From Octopus vulgaris (lineage: Eukaryota): DNA of 64,000 nucleotides. The notes under the pieces were generated by a model. It did no database searches and had not been told where the DNA came from. It worked only from the letters and a program-made list of their open reading frames with translations. The stretch's first letter is position 1; every line of letters starts with the position of its first letter. The position numbers and the translations under genes are program-made. The stretch is from positions 86,552,001 through 86,616,000 of the forward strand of contig OX597823.1 in assembly GCA_951406725.2 (NCBI GenBank), given 5' to 3'. Below are positions 55,483 through 64,000 of the stretch, in pieces.

Positions 55483-57117
55483 ATTCAATCGATGGTCGCA
55501 GAATAATAACTGGCTTACTGCAGCTCGCTGGCCTATTATACATTGAATTTGTACATGTCTCTCAAAAACACTGCCCTACGTTCTGCCGATGTTCGGAGAT
55601 TAAGTTTAAGCATTCTTGCACACACACACACACACATATATATATACACACACACACACTCACAAACACACAAACACACACACGCACGAAAATACACATG
55701 TCTATGTGCATTTGTATACACATTTTTGTGTATGAGCATCTTTATGAATTTGAGTGCGCGAATAGTTACGGATATTGAAATTTTAAAAGGTTTGTAAAAC
55801 AAAACAAATGGTTTTTTTTTTTTCTGTACATGCAAATTTTCAGATTACATTTTCACTGTAAGCAGAGTAAATCTCCAGCAGATGAGACTCGAAACTCCAT
55901 CACTAATTCGGCTTAAGAGTTTCTATTGTTTTTGTTTCTTTGTTATTTTCTGCTTTGTCAAATTTTTTTTTATACATTTCTGCGCTCCGGTGCTTATCTC
56001 CTGTTCTAAATAATACAAGCTCACTGTTAGTGTATTTACAAATCTAACCTTGGTGAATGTTATCTGATAATGAAGTGTTGTGAAAAGTGTCCAACAGAAT
56101 AATTGATCCCGTAAATATCTGCTTAAAATGATAACATTGTGCTTGTTGGAAACCATAATAATAGCAATTGTTTTTGTTCTGGATATAATTATTTTATGCG
56201 ATAGTGACAACGATTTCTTAAGGTTGTGACAGCTATGATTACAGATTGCGAAACACCGTTCCTAAATTAAATATATCTCATACGGATTTAGATAAACAAT
56301 TTAACAATTATACAGCGTACATAATCTGTAATTTCATTGGTGAGACAATATACAATTAATTAAATGACATTATGCACCATATTTCGCTGTCTTCTACTGC
56401 TTTTTTTTTTTTCTGCCTTCTTCACCCTAATTTTATTTTACGTTGGCTGCTGTTCCGTTTTGTTAACGCTTGTGAGTTTGTCCTATAATAATAACTGCGT
56501 GGCTATCTCCCTTCTTTTCTCTCCTTCTTCTCCCACAACCCAACCCTCCGACTCTCGCTCTTGCGAAATAAAGACTGAAAGCTTTTTGTCAGACGTAGCA
56601 GATGGGTCAAATAAATACTAAGGAAAGAAAGAGGAAGATAAATAAACAAGAGAAAAGAAACAAAATTTATGTAAAATGCACAAAAGAGATAAGAAGCGAA
56701 ACAGCAATTGATTGTTCCACTCAATCTAAGATTTAGTAAGCTGAAGACATATACCATTGTGAATACTTCGAATGACATGGACAAAAAAATCAATCGAGCA
56801 TAAATAGACAGCGACAACGTTTTTATGACTCAATGAATTACCATAAATAAACATAAAGATTTCACAAAGGAATGAAAGAGCGACAAGATCAATATGAATG
56901 GTAAATGACAATCATCGTTCGACACTTAACAAAGGATTAAAATGCTCAAGAATGGCCATAACATAAATAAATAAATGAATAAATAAATAAATAGACGAGA
57001 TCAGGAAACTCCTTTGCATTCATTTGAAATTGGTTATCGTCCGATGCTAATCTTGATCATAAGACGTATTTTCAATTGTGCCCTGGTAACACCGTAAATG
57101 ATATTTATCGAAACAAT

Positions 57118-57308
57118 GCGATGCGGAAGCCTCTGCGTGCTTGAATGACCTGATAGACATAACAGGCAAATCTCCCTCGTGTCTTAAGCCTAGCTATCGT
57201 TGGTTTGTTTAGTTTTAATAGTTACAGTGGCTGAGAAAAAGTTGTGGTGGGCATATCTGGAACGTGTAATATAGAACTAAATGAATAAAGGCAAAGTTAG
57301 CAACAACG
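57118..57308 (+). repeat. ~190-bp diverged direct repeat (second copy 58983-59169)
   Basis: CGATGCGRAAGCCTCTG.GTGCTTGAATGA..AGCTATCGTTGGTTTG..GTTACAGTGGC..TAATATAGAACTAAAT is shared. Confidence 0.85.
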
Positions 57309-58933
57309 GATTATGAAAGAAGGCAGTATTAGATAATGTTATCTTAAGTACATATGGAGGCAAACAACTAAATGATGAGACTGTCACGGCTGGAACGCAT
57401 TTGATAAGTCTCATTAAAAAGTGGGGGTGTTTATCTGGGGTTAAGCAGCAACGACAACGATAACAACAACAACAACAGCTACTAAATAAATGTAGAATGT
57501 TGAGGGGCGGGCTGTCAGTCTTAACAAAACAACAAAGCAATTCGTTTGACAAAAATATTCTGAAGCCATTACGGCTTTGTTCAGAATTTTCGTTCCATCT
57601 TTCTCCCTTCTCGACCTTTTCTTTATATTTCATTGAAACCAATACGGTGTCACGTTTGTCTCAGCCGGTTTTGCTCACACACACTTCATAGTTTCCTCTT
57701 TCTTCTTTTTATAAATACATTTATTTTCCCTCTGTAACTCCATTTTCTATAATCACATTCATATGACAATATATTATAATAACCCTTTTATAAATTAATG
57801 GGTTCTTTTTTATTGTATTTATTTGCTTTTTTTTATCTTATGATTTGCAATGAAACTTTCCGTTCCTGAATCCCGAAATCTATTCAGTCTATTGTTGTGT
57901 AGTCCTGATTGTGCAGACCCGTGATCAAAAGATTTTTTCGCTTAGTACGCCCTTCTTTTATTCAGGCATAAAAAAATCTAGAACAACATTATCAAATCCT
58001 TCTTCCTTTTTCTGATACACCGAGTTTAATTTGACCACGTTTTGACATTTTCGAGAAAAAGCTGAATCCGTTATATTGACCATAATACTAGATTTACATT
58101 ATTAGTGTCTGAAAGATGAATAATTATTACAAATTTAGCAAGATTTCAACAAAGAAGGTAAATAGACACAGCTAAAGTGAGCAATACGTTTTGTCAGTCG
58201 CTCGACTCTTCGAGTGGTGTTCGCTTCTATTTCTATTCGACCCTCTAAATGCAGAGGTGCAGTAAATTCATGACAGGTTTTCGTTAAATTGTTACATTCT
58301 AGCATGATGCTATTTCAGGCATATTTTATTTTGTATTTCACATGATATTGACGCGGGCGTTGGTGTGTAGTTATGAAGCTCGGTTTTCAACGACGTGGTA
58401 TTGGGTTCAGCCCTACTGCGTAGTACTTCAAGCAGATGTCTTCTTGCGTGACCCCGGGCTGACAATTGACATGGAGAGAGGTTCTAGAAAACGGAAACTA
58501 TATAGAAGACTGTCTTATATGTGTATGTGTGCGCGTGTGTGTGTGTGAGTAGAAAAACAAAAGGAAAATGAAGAAAGCTTCTAACAATGCAGTAAATTTT
58601 ACAAAAGACTTTTATATTTCAAGCACAAAGGCTCATCATCAAGAGGAACCGAAGCCTGTACCAGGAACTTTATAAATGCTGGTACAAGCAACTCTTCAAC
58701 CGTTGATCATTGTAACATATTTCCACGTGATGGTTGTGGTGGTGGAAGATGGAGCTAGTGGTATGTGTTATGATGCTGGTTGCAGTCACCGCGATATTTT
58801 CTCCGATTGACTATTAGTTTTCAAGTTGAGACAGTGTGTCAATATAGCTTCATTGATAAGAAGATATCCAGTGTTCCATCTGTTTGGTGATGGCGCCGCA
58901 TTTCGTCACGTGCATGCACACACACACGCACGC

Positions 58934-58970
<37 letters not shown>

Positions 58971-59194
58971 ATAATTATAGAGCCGATGCGAAAGCCTCTG
59001 AGTGCTTGAATGATCTGAAAAAATAAATGTTAAGTGTCCCTCTATCGTAAGCTCAGCTATCGTTGGTTTGCGTAGTTTGAAAAGTTACAGTGGCAGAAAA
59101 TAGACATGGTGGGCATTAATGGAACGTCTAATATAGAACTAAATAATAAAAACAGTGGTAACAACAACAAAAAATATATACATATGTGTATATA

Positions 59195-59389
59195 CAAGCA
59201 GTTGCTAATAGGTCCTTGACTTTAATGGGGTCGTGAAAGGACTGGTTGGAGGACCAAACTTCTCAATTCTTTTATGGAGCTTAAAAAAACTGTGCAAATA
59301 TAAGACGGAAATATGTTGAAATAAATCATAATTAACTGATCCTCCTGCATTTTCTTTTACCGAAAGCCAGGTACTTTTCAGCATCCCCT

Positions 59390-59391
<2 letters not shown>
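59195..59391 (+). mobile_element. Mariner-derived MITE, degenerate (family of 46750)
   Basis: TAAATCATAATTAACTGATCCTCCT..AAAGCCAGGTACTTTTCAGCATCCCC; TA flanks. Confidence 0.75.
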
Positions 59392-59421
<30 letters not shown>

Positions 59422-59479
59422 AATTCCCAGTAATTAATCAGATAGATTTTGATACTTCAAGTTGAAAATAATTACCATA

Positions 59480-59882
59480 GTGCAGGAGTGGCTGTGTGGT
59501 ATGTAGCTTGCTTACCAACCACAAGGTTCTGGGTTCAGTCCAACTGCGTGGTACCTAGGGCAAGTGTCTTCTAATATAGTCACGGGCCGACCAAAGCCTT
59601 GTGAGTGCATTTGGTAGACGGAAACTGAAAGAAGCCCGTCGTATATATGTAAATGTATATGTATGTGTGTGTGTTTGCGTGTCCGTATTTTCCCCCAACA
59701 TTGCTTGACAACCGATACTGGTCTCTTAACGTCCCCGTGACTTAGCGATTCGGCAAAAGAGACCGATAGAATACGTACTAGGCTTACAAAGTATAAGTCT
59801 CGGGTTCGATTTGCTCTACTAAAGGCAGTGCTACAGCGTGGCCTCAGTCAAATGGTTGAAACAAGTAAAGGAGTAAAAGAGT
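59480..59882 (+). mobile_element. SINE family B
   Basis: Full-length copy. Confidence 0.9.
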
Positions 59883-60779
59883 ATAGTTGAATTTTGGTTT
59901 GTATATTTGCAAATATTTCCTCCTCCCATCGTTTTTAAAATGTAGTAGGAAACGCTAAAAGCATTCCTCTGACTGTACGAGATGTGGAGTATCAGATACT
60001 TTTAGTGGCTGTCAATTTTATCCAATTACGGTAGGAGGGAGCAATAGCTTAAGAACGAAGTCTTGAAGAAGGCGACCAGGTTCAGCATAATTGCCACACT
60101 GACCTAATTCATCCCTCTTTCTTTTCCTGTTTTTATGTCGCAGTTGATTTCTTTCGGTCCTGCGGAAGATGGCATTGTACTGGTGGTTGATTATATTCTC
60201 AGTCGATCAATCGATCGATCGATAAAACTGAATCATGAATACATCCAAATGTGTATTTGAAACAGTTGTAATATTACAATAAACTAAGCTATCATTGACC
60301 CGTTGGGTCCCTGACGGTTCAATCTGTAAGTTAATTAATGAAAGTTAATTTTATGATGATTCAGTTAAATATTTCAATTCCTCCGTGTCATCATAGATCT
60401 GGTTTACAAGTTCATGCTTAAAGTTTTATTGATTATTTACAGCACCTAAAAAGAAATTGAACTCTCCGGGAAAAACATGAACTCCAATAACAGCATTTAT
60501 TTGTGTCCTATGTGCACATTTCTACAAAAATGAAAAAAAGAACTGTTATATAACGTAAACATAAAATTAATGGAAACAATTTTCACAATATTGCATGTTC
60601 CCATTTTAGGATCATGTTACTTTCGGTGTATTTTTCCATTATGCGCCGTTTTGATCATTTATGAATTTATCCCAAAACACCGTGTATCTTAGGAATCCGT
60701 CGTCCGATTTATGCAAAACTATTTCATTCCGTTTGTATTCTCATTTCAAGGGTGAAGCTGATCTTTTCAGAGATCCCAA

Positions 60780-60897
60780 TCACATTGTTCCGGTTTCAGT
60801 TCCTTTGCGTTGTACCTTGGGCGAGTGTTTTCTACTATAGCCTTGTGAGCAGCTTTGGCAGACGGTAACTGAAAGAAGCCCATCATACATACATACA

Positions 60898-60931
<34 letters not shown>

Positions 60932-61180
60932 CATATTTATATATGTATATATGTATGTATATTTGTGCGTGTATTTATGTGTGTTTGTCCCCCTATCATT
61001 GCTTGACAACCGATGTTGGTGTGTTTACGTCCCCGTAACTTAGCAGTTCTGCAAAAAAAGCCAAATAATATAAGTACTAGGCTTACAAAGAATATGTCTT
61101 GGTGTTGACTTCTTCGACTAAAAAAAAGGCGGTGCTCTAGCATGGCTGCAATCAAATACCTGAAACAAGTAAAATAATAA
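60780..61180 (+). mobile_element. SINE family B
   Basis: Core, (CATA)n and tail present. Confidence 0.8.
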
Positions 61181-61659
61181 ACGAATGGAGAATCCGATGA
61201 GAATCCTCCAACTAAGACGTCTTGTGGATTTTATTACAAAATGCTGAAAGGGTTGATTTGATAAAGGACTAATCAAAGTGACTTGCAGGTTTCTGTTATG
61301 ATTCTGAATTCAGAGTTCAAATATTGTTGAGGAGATCTTTGTATTTCCCCCATCGCAGATCGATAAAAATAAAATATTAGTCAATACTAGCCAATTATTT
61401 ATGTCAATGTAATCGTTCAAAAGCTATCACCCTTCCTTTTTACTTCAATATGAAAAAGCATTAAAGGCGGCGAGATGGCAGAAACTTTATCAATATTAAA
61501 ATTTAAAGCGGAGAGCTGGTAGACTGGTTAGCACGCCGGGCAGAGCACTTCGTGTCATTTCGTTCGTCTTTACATTCTGGTTTCAAATTTTGTCTTTTAT
61601 CATTTCGGGTCGAAAAAATATGCATCTGTTGAGCAATGAGGGGGGGGGGTGAGATCGAT

Positions 61660-62468
61660 GTAATTTACTACCGACAACTCTTGATCTTGCTAGCCTTGTT
61701 CCGAAATTTATAACCATAATAAATTTAAAAAGTTAAGATAGCGAGCAGGCAGAATCGTTAACATGTCTGGCAAAATACTTAGCAAATATTTTGTCTGTTT
61801 CCATGTTCAGAGTTGAATTTCCACTCGAGTTCGACTTTGTCTTTCATTCTCTTCAGCTTCAATATCATATGTAGTACTTGACCACTGCAGTCGATGTAAT
61901 TAACCTGCACCCACTCGAAAATTGCTGGTCTTGTAGCAAATTTTGAAGCCATTAGTTACAATCGGTGAGCACGCCGGGTAGAATGCTTAGCGGCATTTCG
62001 TTTGTCTTTGTTTTCTGAGTTAAAATTACTCCGAAGTCGACTTTACCTTTTATCTCTTCGGGGGATCAGTCGAGCACTGGATCCGATGTTATCGACTTAC
62101 TCATCCCTTCAAAACTGCTGGCTTTGGGCTACGGCCGTAAACATTTTTTCTGCAAAATAGGGGTAGCTTATCAGGCTATATTATTAGCATCATATTGCGT
62201 TTGAGAATTTAAAATATTTTATTGTGGTAAAAGAGGCTGCAGAAATCCGAGCTACATGTATTGCGGTGTTCAGTTACATCTCTTTACGTTGTTACGTTGT
62301 AAGGCCATCTGTCTCCAGGGTCGAGACAAAACGTAGCTGTAATACACTGAGGTCAAGTCAATAAATTGAACTGCTGCCTTGCAAATCTATTGCTTTCTGT
62401 TAATGTAAGAAATTTACATAATTACAGAAAATATATTTTTACATCTTAATTATAAATGTGAATATCAT
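61660..62468 (-). repeat. Right arm of inverted segmental duplication
   Basis: See 52705-53860. Confidence 0.9.
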
Positions 62469-62519
62469 CAATAATTATAAGCGCATCTATAGGGCTCTTG
62501 GGTGTACCAATGCTGGAGC

Positions 62520-62781
62520 CTGGCTCTCTGTCGATCACGTCAACGAGAGTTCGATCAGCTTAACAGTCTTCTCGTGAAATTAACGTAACGTTAACATAGT
62601 TCTCAGGGAGATCCAGCGTGACACATTATGTGACATGGTCAGGCTTTTGTTTTACAGGTGGATGGACTAGAGCAACGCGAAGTAAGGTGTCTTGCTCAGG
62701 GGCACACAGCGCTGGCGGGAATCGAACTCACGACCTTACGATCGTGAACCAAATACCCTAGACCTTAGACCACGCGCCTTC
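62520..62781 (-). mobile_element. SINE family A, degenerate
   Basis: GAATCGAACTCACGACCTTACGATCGTGA..CCACGCGCCTTC. Confidence 0.75.
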
Positions 62782-62782
62782 T

Positions 62783-62905
<123 letters not shown>

Positions 62906-62908
62906 GTA

Positions 62909-62935
62909 CAGTAGTACCTCGGTTAACGAATGCTT
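62909..62935 (+). mobile_element. Solo pogo/Tigger-like TIR
   Basis: TA|CAGTAGTACCTCGGTTAACGAA; no partner TIR seen. Confidence 0.4.
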
Positions 62936-63149
62936 TGATTTTTTATTGCTGGGGAACACAGATGGGACAACACATTACAAGTGGGGACACAAAGCAAGAG
63001 AAAAAAAGAACAAGGCAACGTGTGAGAACATGAAATGACAATGAAAATGAAAAAGATGCAACGAAGCTACTTGGCCCCACATCCGAGAAACTTCATTTCC
63101 GAGAAACCTCATTTCTTCCTTTAATTTCTTTTGAATCCTGTTCCCTCCT

Positions 63150-64000
63150 AAATATCTATCCCATAATGCTCCAACAGGTCGTCATAAGTTACAAAGCATG
63201 GCAGCATATTTCTATCCAGCTCCATTTCCCACATCCAATATCCACCTTTGTATTTTGACATTTATTTTTTGTTGTTCCTCTCAAATCAACATGCAACCGA
63301 GCCAACACTTTATGATATCGAATCCCTTTGTTTCTACATTTTAGGATCTTTCCAAGTTATTACCTCACTGCACGAATCGTCATTAGCATTGTCATACATT
63401 AAGACTGTACATTTTTTTGTCTTGGAGGAGGGAGTTTGGGGTTTTGTATGTGCTAACGTTTCCTTTTTTTTTTGTTTTTGTGTCCGTGGGAAAGGGTAGG
63501 TTTGGTGTCTATGGGAAGAGAGTGAGACTGAGAAGATGTGAATGGGGTTGATGCAATTTGGAGGTTCAAATCTATAACATGCCTTCTTCCGTTTTCTTTG
63601 CTTATTGTTTTCCGCAAACTTCTATGACTCGACGTCCTCCTTCACTTCTTCTCTTGGTAATTGTTTCTCCGTTTTTACTGGTTTTCTCCTGGTTCTTCAC
63701 GGTTGATGAAGGGCAGTCCGTTCTGATGTGGCCTACTGTAACCGTCTCCACCATCTTTTCCAGGCTCTCCACCGATCTCTGTATTATCAAATTCAAAGTT
63801 TGGCCTTCCCAATTTAATGCTTCTGACTTAGTGACCTGGAGGACTACTATTTAATTATCGTTACCCAGGAGTATAGTAGCCGCCTCACACTGGAAACTCT
63901 CCCTCCGAGGTATGTGGGTAAAAGAACCACATTTTCCGTTCTTTGCGGGGTTGTTGGGTATTGTTTCGTCTCGGTTGCTTCTACGAGGTGAATCTCTACT
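63150..64000 (-). pseudogene. Decayed LINE ORF1 (gag-like) fragment
   Basis: IVVLQVTKSEALNWEGQTLNLIIQ..VGHIRTDCP, the second half of a CCHC knuckle with the first half missing; stops present; runs off the window edge. Confidence 0.45.

Overview
AT-rich eukaryotic non-coding DNA, intergenic or intronic. The repeat content (dense (TA)n, (GATA)n and (AAT)n arrays plus three abundant tRNA-headed SINE families) looks like a coleoid cephalopod, probably Octopus; that is inferred from repeat style and not verified. No confident host gene is present, and almost all listed ORFs are microsatellite translations. Identifiable elements are a young 5'-truncated CR1-type LINE reverse transcriptase (RT), R4/Dong-type retroelement pieces adjoining (AAT)n tracts, RTE and CR1/L2-group 3' ends, a Penelope GIY-YIG fragment, mariner and maT/Tc1 fossils and MITEs, hAT MITEs and nested Helitron ends. 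The most interesting signals are: (1) minimal hammerhead-ribozyme motifs with palindromic stem III in short elements next to (TA)n tracts; (2) a SINE subfamily found repeatedly inside its own family at one nucleotide; (3) a SINE and a LINE sharing a 3' motif with a covarying stem-loop; (4) fold-back inversions centred on (TA)n; (5) a ~1 kb inverted duplication; (6) repeat-poor islands rich in TGACA motifs. All alignments and translations were done by eye, and boundaries of degenerate elements are approximate.
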